A DNA stretch of 32,000 nt from Massilicoli timonensis (GCF_900199515.1 NZ_LT963433.1:30001-62000); one strand, 5' to 3'; positions 8,270-17,414 are shown, counted from the stretch's first letter. The notes: generated by a model not told the origin, from the letters alone. Made by a program: numbers and translations.

Positions 8270-10111
8270 CTACTCCCTTAGATAAATTGCCTTCTTATTT
8301 TTATGAGGTCTTTTTATCACACCTTCAACTTCTAACTGCTTGATCTGTTTCATAAAAATACCTTTATAGGAATACGTATAACCTTGATCGAGTAAAGCTT
8401 GATGAACACTTTTCAAAGAAAACATTTGATCTACCACTTGTTTTCCAATCTCCTCAATGATTGCTTTACGATATGTTTCTTTTTCTTCATCAACTATCAT
8501 AACATTCGCATCAATTTTATACGAAAAATATCCCTTGAAGTGAAATACAATTCGATTATCATGCACAACAATTTTATGAAATAGTATTTGTAGTTCTTTC
8601 TTACTATAATCCTGTTTATGAATCATTTCATCTATCACATCTAGTGCTGTTGTAAATCGTTCTTCATGCAAAGAGTAACTCTCTATTTCTTTTTCTAATA
8701 ACGATATATTCTCTTCACACTCTTTCATCATTTTTGCTTTTTCATCAATCAAAGATTGATAAGATTCTTGTATAATTTCATAATTCTCAGGTTCAGTCAT
8801 ACTTTCTCTCATCTTATTTTCAATCAACTGTTTGACTTCTAACTTTAACTGAGTAACTTTTGTTTTATGAGAAGTAATCTTTTTAGAAATACGCTTTATA
8901 TCTTCATCTTTTGTATCAGCATGAATCTGTTCTTCTAAAAAATCTTTATATACATCTCTGCATCGCTGCAAGAATATCGTAACTGCTTTTTTTAGTTCAT
9001 GTTCAGTTACAGACTTTGAACTACACGCTGTTTTGCCTTGTTTAAGATAAGTTGAACAGTAATAGTGAGTATTTCCTTCTCGAATATCTTTTATTGTTCT
9101 AGAGGGCTTTAATAGACTGCCACAGTCTGCACAATATAATAAACCATGAAATACATTCTCATGAATTTTTCGTTTTCTTTTAGACCGTACTTTCTTACTT
9201 TCTAACTTTTCTTGACAAATACAAAACAACTTTTCATCAATAATTGCTTCATGATGATGTTGAAAGATTTTCCATTTCTCTTTAGGAAGTTTTTGATATT
9301 TTCCTCTAATCTTCACACATTCTCCTTTATGAAGAATTAAAGTTCCTAGATACGTTTCATTCATTAAAATCCTACGCACACAAGAATCATTCCAAACATC
9401 AGTATATTTACTCTTATCATCTACTCCATTTTTTAAACGAAATTCATGTAAAGAACGAGATGGTGTTGGAATATGTTCTCTTGTTAGTGTACGAGCAATT
9501 TGTAAGATACCATAACCATCCCCATACATTTGAAAGATACGTTTTACTACATTAGCATTCACTGGATCAACTACTAACTGAGCACTTTTCTTACTCACTT
9601 TACGATATCCAAAAGGTGGAGTTGTCATCCATTCTCCATCATCTTGTTTCATGTGAATGACATTCTTTACTTTCTTACTTGCTTCTTTGACATACAGTTC
9701 ATTGTGCCATGTTTTAATACCAATCGTAGAATCATTATCTTGAAAATTAGAATATCCATCATCTAATGCAATGACTTCACAACCATAATCCCTTGCATCT
9801 TCCATAAACAGAAGGGCACGAGCATTATGTCTTCCTAATCTTGACATATCTTTAATTAACAATCGTTTCACTTTACCAGATGCGATATCTTTATTCAAAC
9901 GATCAAATTCTGGACGTTCAAATGAATAACCACTTTCTCCATCATCAATATACCGTTCGCTAATCGCATAATGATTTTCTTTCGCAAATCGTGTTAATAT
10001 CTTATCTTGGTTTTCAATGGATATAGAAAGGCCTTTGTTTCGATCATCTCTTGATAATCTTAAATAAAGAACAACATCACGATCTTTTGTCTCTACCATA
10101 AAATCAATCAT
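8270..10111 (-). CDS. large serine recombinase (TnpX/TndX-like)
   Basis: 613 aa. N-terminal resolvase catalytic motif VVLYLRLSRDDRNKG...ENQ. Recombinase domain and Zn ribbon (CADCGSLLKP...YYCSTY). Coiled-coil region, then an LQILFHKIVVHDNRIVFHFKG segment like the DUF4368 region of TnpX-type enzymes. Confidence 0.9.
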   Translation of the reverse strand: MIDFMVETKDRDVVLYLRLSRDDRNKGLSISIENQDKILTRFAKENHYAISERYIDDGESGYSFERPEFDRLNKDIASGKVKRLLIKDMSRLGRHNARALLFMEDARDYGCEVIALDDGYSNFQDNDSTIGIKTWHNELYVKEASKKVKNVIHMKQDDGEWMTTPPFGYRKVSKKSAQLVVDPVNANVVKRIFQMYGDGYGILQIARTLTREHIPTPSRSLHEFRLKNGVDDKSKYTDVWNDSCVRRILMNETYLGTLILHKGECVKIRGKYQKLPKEKWKIFQHHHEAIIDEKLFCICQEKLESKKVRSKRKRKIHENVFHGLLYCADCGSLLKPSRTIKDIREGNTHYYCSTYLKQGKTACSSKSVTEHELKKAVTIFLQRCRDVYKDFLEEQIHADTKDEDIKRISKKITSHKTKVTQLKLEVKQLIENKMRESMTEPENYEIIQESYQSLIDEKAKMMKECEENISLLEKEIESYSLHEERFTTALDVIDEMIHKQDYSKKELQILFHKIVVHDNRIVFHFKGYFSYKIDANVMIVDEEKETYRKAIIEEIGKQVVDQMFSLKSVHQALLDQGYTYSYKGIFMKQIKQLEVEGVIKRPHKNKKAIYLRE

Positions 10112-10173
10112 AATAATGATACCTGCCTTTCTGTATCACTATTATGTCGTGCTTTCCTTTATTTGACAGCGCC

Positions 10174-10422
10174 CTAATGCTCATATTTTTTATCCATCCT
10201 ACAAGCAATCAGTTCTTTTAATAACTCCTTCATATCCACTGTTCCATTTATAAAATGAACTTCATAAGTGTGTTTACCATTTGTATTTGAAACAACTGAC
10301 TTTGGCTTATCTGATCGCATAGATACATCTCCTACAGTATCATATGAATCAGTAGTGTGTTGTTTTCTCATTCTATGAGAATCCTTTAAATTCAAAGTTT
10401 TATTTTGATTACATAATTGCAA
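10174..10422 (-). CDS. small hypothetical protein immediately upstream of, and co-oriented with, the recombinase
   Basis: The 82-codon ORF begins with TTG. An alternative ATG (Met18, 10371) has an AAGGA about 10 nt upstream. No motif was recognised; position alone hints at an accessory/directionality role. Confidence 0.4.
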   Translation of the reverse strand: MQLCNQNKTLNLKDSHRMRKQHTTDSYDTVGDVSMRSDKPKSVVSNTNGKHTYEVHFINGTVDMKELLKELIACRMDKKYEH

Positions 10423-10454
10423 AATCCCTCCATTCTTCTCTGATATTTTATCTA

Positions 10455-10475
10455 AAATTTCAATATTTGAAATTT
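10455..10475. promoter_or_regulatory. perfect 21-bp palindrome upstream of the small-ORF/recombinase unit
   Basis: AAATTTCAA-TAT-TTGAAATTT, 33-53 bp upstream of the ORF start at 10422. Confidence 0.35.
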
Positions 10476-10847
10476 AGCAGGATAAGAGAATGTAGTGCAA
10501 TGATACACTCATTCTCCTCTTGAACAACTTACTAGAAGTTAGTTTTAAGCTTTGTTCAAAGCATATATTAGACTTTTGTGTCATGTATCATGAATGTCAT
10601 CAACCATTTGATTTAGTAATGCGTTTATTCCATATGATTTTATGTTGTATTGCAATTATTACAATATAGTCGTTTGATACAAAATAACTCATCTTATGAC
10701 ACAAACAACTAGTGTCATTGACACAAAACAATTTCATTTGTATTGCATTTTGCACGACATAAGGAATTGAGTATCGTAAACCTTTTCAGGATATAGATTC
10801 ACGACACAAATTTCACTAAAAATCTTCTAACACTTTTCAATTAAAAT

Positions 10848-11219
10848 CTAATTTGTTTCAAGATCAAATTCTTCGTGCACTATACCGCTAACTTTTCGAT
10901 TAAATTCATCAAAATATCGTTGATATTGGCGTTTTTGATGACGATACCAATCACTATTTGGATTTAAATGTTTCTTAGGATTATCATTCATCTTACTTCG
11001 AATAAGATGATAATAATCATTATACACTTTACCACTTGCACATAAAGTTTCAGAAATATAATAGATCATTATGCAGATTACTTCATTTCCAAATTCTTCA
11101 CATAACCCATATAACTGGATTAAGGGAAGTGATACTCTATTCTCAAATCCTAATGATACTGTATGACCTACATAATCCTTGTATTTTTCTTTTATATTAT
11201 TATGTGAAGCATCACTCAC
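10848..11219 (-). CDS. hypothetical protein; possibly the C-terminal piece of a decayed replication-organiser-like gene
   Basis: 123-codon ORF starting with GTG and lacking a clear RBS. It abuts and overlaps the end of the disrupted reading frames at 11212-11536. Confidence 0.4.
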   Translation of the reverse strand: MSDASHNNIKEKYKDYVGHTVSLGFENRVSLPLIQLYGLCEEFGNEVICIMIYYISETLCASGKVYNDYYHLIRSKMNDNPKKHLNPNSDWYRHQKRQYQRYFDEFNRKVSGIVHEEFDLETN

Positions 11220-11536
11220 TGACTAGGGAAGATATGCAAATAGAATCATCTGTTTCTTTTTTGAAATTGGTATGAACATAAATTCTTCGTTGTGAATAAG
11301 TTCCGTTCTCACTTGGAATTTTTTCAACGGAAATCAAATAATCTCACTTCAATATTTTCAAAGATCGAACAATAGTGCTAGCCGATACATCCATGCTTTC
11401 TTGATAGACGATATAACAATCCAAATAAATTAGATATTTTAAAATCAGCATTCTCATAATCAAATAATTTATCAAAGATTATTATATATCCATTACGTAA
11501 TTTTCCTTGCTTCTCTTTATTCAAATCATCCTCCAT
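11212..11536 (-). pseudogene. decayed HTH / replication-initiator-like gene
   Basis: The ATG at 11536-11534 opens MEDDLNKEKQGKLRNGYIIIFDKLFDYENADFKISNLFGLLYRLSRK, which then hits a stop. A shifted frame continues ESMDVSASTIVRSLKILK, then stops, then DYLISVEKIPSENGTYSQRRIYVHTNFKKE.... That gives at least one frameshift and one in-frame stop. Confidence 0.45.
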
Positions 11537-11550
11537 TCTTAATAAAAAAA

Positions 11551-11690
11551 GGGCGCTTTAACTTTTTGCGTAGCTATTTTAAAGGCGCTTTAAATTGATG
11601 CGTAGGTGTGGAGGACCTTTAACTTTTTTCGTGGCTATTTTCAAACCTATTTAACTTCATGCGTGGATACCCTTTAACACCTTGCGTGGG
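11551..11690 (+). repeat. five direct subterminal copies of TTTAAC(N4-5)TGCGT(A/G)G-like motif at the ISL3 left end
   Basis: The copies are gctttaactttttgcgtagc, gctttaaattgatgcgtagg, cctttaacttttttcgtggc, tatttaacttcatgcgtgga and cctttaacaccttgcgtggg. Confidence 0.6.
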
Positions 11691-11773
11691 TGTCCACTTT
11701 TACTATGAAAAAAATAACCTTCATGTTACTTTTTCTTTGCCGTGAAACTTTAACACGAAGGAGGTATCAACCT

Positions 11774-13093
11774 ATGTATGATTTTATCACAGATCTATTC
11801 AATATCGACAAAAATTTGATTCAATTTTCTGATATCAAATCTTCTCCTGATCTAACCCAACTTTTTATTGCTCTTAAACCCACTAATCCTCCTTGTCCTT
11901 ACTGTAGTGGTATTTTCCACTCCAATGGTTATCATCGTCCTAAATATATCAATCACCCTAAACTTACTGATCGTAAGTGTGTCATCGTTTTCAAAAATAA
12001 TCGTTATCAATGCAACGAATGTCTTCGTACTTTCTCCGGTAAGAATCCTTTTACTTTCTCTACCTTCAAAAACTCTTACCTTGCTTTGAATAACATTATG
12101 AAATCTCTTTCCAATCTCAACTATACTTATTCTATGGTAGCTCAACTCAATCACATCTCCATTACGCAAGTACAGCGTTACTTTGACAGCTTTGTCAATA
12201 TCCCTAGAATTCATCTTCCTGAATCAATTGGTATCGATGAAATCCATTCTAAGATGGCAAATCGTAGAGATTCTGCTTATTTATGCATTATGGTAGATAA
12301 TGTAAATAGATCCTTATTTGAAATTCTTCCTTCTCGTTCTAAGGCTGAATTAAAACGCTATTTCGATAAAATACCTCTTGCAGAGAGAAATAACGTGAAA
12401 TACGTAACGATTGATATGTGGTTGCCTTATAAAGATATCGCTGCTACTTATTTAAGGAACGCTATTATCGCTGTTGATCCTTTCCATGTTGTAAAACACC
12501 TCATGGATTGTTTCACTCGCATTCGTCTTAATATCCTTTATCAAGTGGAATACAACAGTAATAGTTATTATCTCTTAAAAACTTGGAAAGATTTGATCGA
12601 AAAAGATGTTTATTTAGATAATAAACCTGTCTACAACAAACGATTTAATAGAAAGTTGAACAAAAGAGATCTGCTTGATATGATATTGGATATTAGTGAA
12701 AACTTAGCTCTTGCATATCGTTTGAAAGAGATGTATTTACTCTTTAATCAGAAAGCAACTGAAGAAAATTGTGAACAATGGTTTAATTCTATTTATGAGG
12801 CTTTTATAGAGGCACAGATTCCTGAATATCATGAGTTTATTATTCTCCTTAACAATTGGAAAATTGAAATACTCAATTCATTCAAAAGACCTTTTGATAA
12901 TAGAAAGCTTAGTAACTCTCTTTCTGAAAACATCAATGGTCAGATACGTACTTATCTGGCGATTTCTAATGGTGTTACTAATTTCACTAGATTTAGAAAA
13001 AGATGTCTTTTAGCTCTTAATAAAAAAGTTTTCTATTCTATTAATGATCACTTAAAGTCTGATAAAAATTCTAAGAAAAATCATTCATTATAA
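11774..13093 (+). CDS. ISL3 family transposase
   Basis: The ORF track gives 11690-13093. The preferred start is ATG 11774, preceded by GAAGGAGG. It has a zf-ISL3-like CPYCSG...H...C..C and DDE_Tnp_ISL3 motifs IGIDEIH, VTIDMWLPYKD and AVDPFHVVKH. Confidence 0.9.
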   Translation: MYDFITDLFNIDKNLIQFSDIKSSPDLTQLFIALKPTNPPCPYCSGIFHSNGYHRPKYINHPKLTDRKCVIVFKNNRYQCNECLRTFSGKNPFTFSTFKNSYLALNNIMKSLSNLNYTYSMVAQLNHISITQVQRYFDSFVNIPRIHLPESIGIDEIHSKMANRRDSAYLCIMVDNVNRSLFEILPSRSKAELKRYFDKIPLAERNNVKYVTIDMWLPYKDIAATYLRNAIIAVDPFHVVKHLMDCFTRIRLNILYQVEYNSNSYYLLKTWKDLIEKDVYLDNKPVYNKRFNRKLNKRDLLDMILDISENLALAYRLKEMYLLFNQKATEENCEQWFNSIYEAFIEAQIPEYHEFIILLNNWKIEILNSFKRPFDNRKLSNSLSENINGQIRTYLAISNGVTNFTRFRKRCLLALNKKVFYSINDHLKSDKNSKKNHSL

Positions 13094-13180
13094 TCATCTT
13101 ACCTATATTCTCGGCATATAAAAAGCAAATGTTTTTATAAGATTTTTTATCTTATTTTTCATTTGCTTTTCTTCTTATTA

Positions 13181-13233
13181 CCAACGCACTAGTTTATAGC
13201 GTCATTTCCCAAAACCACGCACCAGTTTACATT
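13181..13233 (-). repeat. two inverted copies of the ISL3 subterminal motif at the right end
   Basis: ccaacgcactagtttatagcg and ccacgcaccagtttacatt are reverse-complement versions of the left-end motif. Confidence 0.55.
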
Positions 13234-13250
13234 ACAATTTTTAAATAAAA

Positions 13251-15191
13251 TCATCCACTTCTGCAATCAATTAAATTCCAATCTGAAAAAACACATTTTG
13301 ACTTTATGTAGGTACTTTCTTGTATCGCTAAGCAAAGTAGCTTATTTGGTCTACTCATACCTACATAAACACATTTTCTACTTTGTTCAACTTCCTTGCT
13401 GCTCCCTAACTTGCCAACTCCTAAATAAGGTAAGATGCGTTTTATGTCAGAAGAATTTTTATTTTCAGTTTCCAAATATAACGTAGCATCGTGTGTTTCG
13501 CCTTTAACACCATGCACTGTATCAAAAATAATTTTTCTATTATGCGTTTCATCAAAATAAATATTCAAACCCGATTTACTTGAATCGATTAATTTTGTTT
13601 CATCCATAAAATATAGTGGAACTTTCAAAAATGCATCTGTTTCATTGCATTCTGCACCGACAATATTATTCGCTATTTCTCTAATAACTGCATTCACATT
13701 TTCAATAGTATAACTCTGCAATGAAGATAATCGAAGAAATCCATCAGTATATACATCAAAATATTTTTCAGATAAAATACTTTTTATAGAATGCACTGTA
13801 TATTTATTGCCAGTTGCAGAATCAATACTCCCCGTATAACCAAATAATTTACATAAAAGCCGTCTCACTTCATTTTCTACTGAATATAGTTTTCCTTGTT
13901 GTAAATCCTTTGCTATTTTATCAATATAATTCCAGTATCTATTTGGATTTTTTACATTAATATTAGGATTAAATTTATCCCAGTAATCACCAATTTTTAA
14001 TCCAGCTAATTCTTCTCGTTTTACTAGTCCAATCATTTTATAAATTCCCTTAGAATCATATAATTCATTTTGATTTAACGCAGTAATAAATGCATCAACC
14101 ACTCTATCTCTTGTATCTTCATTAAAAACAATCAAAGTTGGAACATAAGATAAATATCCTTTAGACGAGATAATTTTTCTCTTTTCGGTTCTTAAATTCA
14201 CCAAAACATCAGCAACCTCCTGTCCATACCGATTAGAAGAAGCCATTTCCATGCATTCCTCATTTAGTAACCACTCAGTTTCTTGAGCTTTCTCAGAATC
14301 ATATATAGCTTGATCTGGATCGCCAATATGAAATACGCAAGTTTTGTTTTTATCAAAAATTTTATTTAGAACTTGTCTTTGTATTAAATCACAGTCTTGA
14401 TATTCATCAATAAATACATATTTAAATCGCATTGAAAAGAGTTCCGTATATGCTTCAGATAAATTATCCATAGCTTCCTTAGCATATGAATAAGCATCTT
14501 TGTATCGAATCATACCCTCTTCTTTTAACAAATTTGAAATTAAGTTTTTAAATTGTTCCGTTGATGGCTTATCCGCACCTGCTAGTGCTCTTTTCTGATT
14601 TCCTATGCATAAAGTCCCATTATCACGTATATGTAGTGCCTCTATATGTTCAAGTTGATCGGTGAACTGATTACCCGTTTCAAAATTTTTTTCTACCACA
14701 AATTTCAACGCCCTATACTTTGACCTGCTCTTCATTTTAATCAACATATGATTTGCATATGTACGATTATCAACTACTTGAATATTACGACCTGAAATAT
14801 TGCGTAAATAAGGCATTGTTACAAACTTGTCAACAAATGATTGTATTGTTCCAACATAATTTGGATAATTTATAAGTCTATCTGCATATTCATTTAATTT
14901 TATTTTTATTTCATTAACAGCAACATTCGTATGTGATAAAACACATACTCCAGCTCCATCAGGAAGAGGCATTCTTTCAGCTAATAATTTTAATTTTGCA
15001 AGTAATACCGTAGTTTTACCACTTCCAGGACAAGCAGCAACATCTGATGATTTCCAACAACAGATGACTTTTTTTGCATCATCGGGAAAATGACAAAAAT
15101 CAGGTAAAAGTAGTTTCTCAACTTCTTCTATTTCTTCATCATTAATATGTATCTCACTCATTAAATTATCAGTCCTTTCGCTAATTTTCAA
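13251..15191 (-). CDS. gajB: UvrD/PcrA/Rep-like SF1 helicase, GajB-like (Gabija helicase component)
   Basis: 646 aa. Walker A AACPGSGKTTVLL; motif II VFIDEYQDC; C-terminal HGVKGETHDATLYL and YVGMSRPNKLLCLA. An alternative start Met11 (15161) has GAAAGGA upstream. It sits directly downstream of the OLD-family gene. Confidence 0.75.
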   Translation of the reverse strand: MKISERTDNLMSEIHINDEEIEEVEKLLLPDFCHFPDDAKKVICCWKSSDVAACPGSGKTTVLLAKLKLLAERMPLPDGAGVCVLSHTNVAVNEIKIKLNEYADRLINYPNYVGTIQSFVDKFVTMPYLRNISGRNIQVVDNRTYANHMLIKMKSRSKYRALKFVVEKNFETGNQFTDQLEHIEALHIRDNGTLCIGNQKRALAGADKPSTEQFKNLISNLLKEEGMIRYKDAYSYAKEAMDNLSEAYTELFSMRFKYVFIDEYQDCDLIQRQVLNKIFDKNKTCVFHIGDPDQAIYDSEKAQETEWLLNEECMEMASSNRYGQEVADVLVNLRTEKRKIISSKGYLSYVPTLIVFNEDTRDRVVDAFITALNQNELYDSKGIYKMIGLVKREELAGLKIGDYWDKFNPNINVKNPNRYWNYIDKIAKDLQQGKLYSVENEVRRLLCKLFGYTGSIDSATGNKYTVHSIKSILSEKYFDVYTDGFLRLSSLQSYTIENVNAVIREIANNIVGAECNETDAFLKVPLYFMDETKLIDSSKSGLNIYFDETHNRKIIFDTVHGVKGETHDATLYLETENKNSSDIKRILPYLGVGKLGSSKEVEQSRKCVYVGMSRPNKLLCLAIQESTYIKSKCVFSDWNLIDCRSG

Positions 15192-17097
15192 AATTCACTG
15201 AATATTTTATAGCATCTACTAAATACTTAAGATAAGGATCGGTTAAAATATTATCACTTAATTCTTTTTTCTTAGTTTCATCAATATTAGATTGATACAA
15301 ATCAAGGTCAAACATATCTACTTCTGTAAATCCTTCAGGAAGTATTGAAATATCTAACTTAATTAGAGCAACTAAACACTGAGCAACAATTGCCTTAAGA
15401 CCGCTTTTATCTGATTCATTCAGCATCAGTCGATACATTTCAAATGCTTTTTCCGAATGAGATAATCCTTTCCATTTATCATTGTCCTCCGTTATTTCTT
15501 TTTTAACTTCTTCTATTTTATCTTCTGTAAGTGCATATTTATCGCTATTTTTTATTTTCTTACCATAGCGAATTGCTTTATGAAATTTCTCCTGAAGACA
15601 ACTTAAAGCAATACAATATTCCAATGTCCATCTTGGTGAAGTAAAACCACAAACCGAACCACTTGTGTATTTTTTGTTTTTTTCTTTTTCTACCAGTTCG
15701 GATTCATTTACTTTTTCATTAAACTTTTTTTCTTTTGTTATTGGATCAATATCATATGGTTTTACATCACAATCTGTAACAACAGAAACAGGAATATCTA
15801 TTTTATCTCCATTTTTACGAACAAATATTCTGGAATATCTTAAAAAAGCAGTACTTCCAACATTAACAATAGATACTCCATACTTTTCAAGTGGATAATC
15901 TAAAACCTCTGCCAAAACAGGCAATAAAAGATTCTCCGCATCCCCTTCAACCATTAACACACCTCTTGCAAAGAACAAATTAGCCTTGGTTGCGTCTAAA
16001 AATCTTTGAAGAAATAAATAATCTCCTTTTTCTAGCTCAGTATTTCCATATGTCATATCATAGCCAATTCCATTTTTTAATAAAACTATATTCTTTAAAT
16101 TCACCTTTGAAGCCAAAATCGTACTATGCGTAGATATGATTATTTGAGTACCTGAATTATCATATTCTTTTTGTAAATAATCAATCAATCGAAGCTGAGC
16201 TTGAGGATGTAAATGTGCCTCTAATTCCTCTATCAATGCAAGTCTCAACCCTCCAGATGAATCAGCATTTAATAGCAATAATTCAGCTGCAATAAATAAT
16301 AAATTCAGCTCTCCCAATCCCGGATTTACTTCAGAAACTCTTAGAGATAAGCTCTCTAATATCTTTTTCAACTGAATATCAGCAACTTTTAACTGTGCTT
16401 CAGATGAAGTATTAGAAACATTAAACGCAGATAAATTGTTTCTGATTGTTTCTAATACTTCTTTTCCTTCTTCTTCGGTAAAATATTTTTCAATATCTTC
16501 ATTTGCTTTTGACAATATTTCCTTCAGTCTATGTTCTTCTTTATTCACAAACAAAGAGTGACCTGATAAGATTTGTGCTAATCTTGAATTTCTACCTGAA
16601 CTCATTTCTCGTTCAGCATCTCTAAGTGGTTTTAGATATACTGTTCTTAAAAGTTCTTTTGCCTTGCCATCCAAGATAATATTGTCATCTATGTTACCGA
16701 CTCTCAATTCGGAATATATTCTGTTCTTATCTTTCCAAGCACGATAATGTAGATTCATAGAATATTTGATTGTATCACCATTTTTTTCAAAGCATAAATA
16801 TTCAACAAAGTTTTTAGCTTCATTCTGTGTAAAATCATTAATAGTGCATTTTATACAAAATTCTTTTACCACGTTTCCATCTTCATCAGTATAAAAATCT
16901 TCATCTGTTGGTCGTACATACTCGTTACTTTGCGTAAGAAGAACTATTTTTAAAGCATCAATAATCGCAGTTTTTCCAGAATCATTCTCTCCAATAAGTG
17001 CATTTAAACCTTTATGAAAGCTAATTGATAATCCCGGTAAATCTCCATTGGACTTAAATTGTCTAAAATTATAGAGTTCTAATTTAGATACTATCAT
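15181..17097 (-). CDS. gajA: OLD-family ATPase-Toprim nuclease, GajA-like (Gabija nuclease component)
   Basis: 638 aa. Walker A LIGENDSGKTAIIDALK; Walker B-like LALIEELEAHLHPQ. Toprim motifs VLMVEGDAENLLLP, VVTDCDV and WTLEY. AAGGAGG lies 6 nt upstream of the ATG. Confidence 0.8.
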   Translation of the reverse strand: MIVSKLELYNFRQFKSNGDLPGLSISFHKGLNALIGENDSGKTAIIDALKIVLLTQSNEYVRPTDEDFYTDEDGNVVKEFCIKCTINDFTQNEAKNFVEYLCFEKNGDTIKYSMNLHYRAWKDKNRIYSELRVGNIDDNIILDGKAKELLRTVYLKPLRDAEREMSSGRNSRLAQILSGHSLFVNKEEHRLKEILSKANEDIEKYFTEEEGKEVLETIRNNLSAFNVSNTSSEAQLKVADIQLKKILESLSLRVSEVNPGLGELNLLFIAAELLLLNADSSGGLRLALIEELEAHLHPQAQLRLIDYLQKEYDNSGTQIIISTHSTILASKVNLKNIVLLKNGIGYDMTYGNTELEKGDYLFLQRFLDATKANLFFARGVLMVEGDAENLLLPVLAEVLDYPLEKYGVSIVNVGSTAFLRYSRIFVRKNGDKIDIPVSVVTDCDVKPYDIDPITKEKKFNEKVNESELVEKEKNKKYTSGSVCGFTSPRWTLEYCIALSCLQEKFHKAIRYGKKIKNSDKYALTEDKIEEVKKEITEDNDKWKGLSHSEKAFEMYRLMLNESDKSGLKAIVAQCLVALIKLDISILPEGFTEVDMFDLDLYQSNIDETKKKELSDNILTDPYLKYLVDAIKYSVNFEN

Positions 17098-17143
17098 CGT
17101 TAACCTCCTTAATTCAAAACATTTGAGATTTATAATTATTTAT

Positions 17144-17355
17144 TTAATTTTTCTCTGGTCGTATATCTAAAATATCATCAACACTACATTCTAATGTTCT
17201 ATACATCTTTACTAATACTTCCATTGATACATATTGATTCTTAGAAATCTTAGCCATCGTATTTTGACTGATTCCTGCTTTTTCTGCAAATTCCATTTTC
17301 TTCCATCTTTATCAATTAAAAGTTTAAATAATTTGTTGTAACAAACATCCATCAT
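17144..17355 (-). pseudogene. frameshifted XRE/Cro-C1-type HTH regulator upstream of gajA
   Basis: AGAGGA RBS plus ATG at 17355. Frame 0 gives MMDVCYNKLFKLLIDKD and then nonsense. The shifted frame gives KKMEFAEKAGISQNTMAKISKNQYVSMEVLVKMYRTLECSVDDILDIRPEKN, ending at TAA 17146-17144. This implies a 1-nt lesion near 17300-17308. Confidence 0.6.
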
Positions 17356-17414
17356 AAATTCCTCTTTTCTTTACTTATATTTATTATATAGGCAATATTA
17401 ACTAAATAACAAGT

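Larger units (their letters stand above)
11551..13235 (+). mobile_element. ISL3-family insertion sequence (ends approximate)
   Basis: A single ISL3-type transposase is flanked by inverted copies of a TTTAAC-N5-TGCGTRG motif. No unambiguous target duplication was found. Confidence 0.75.
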
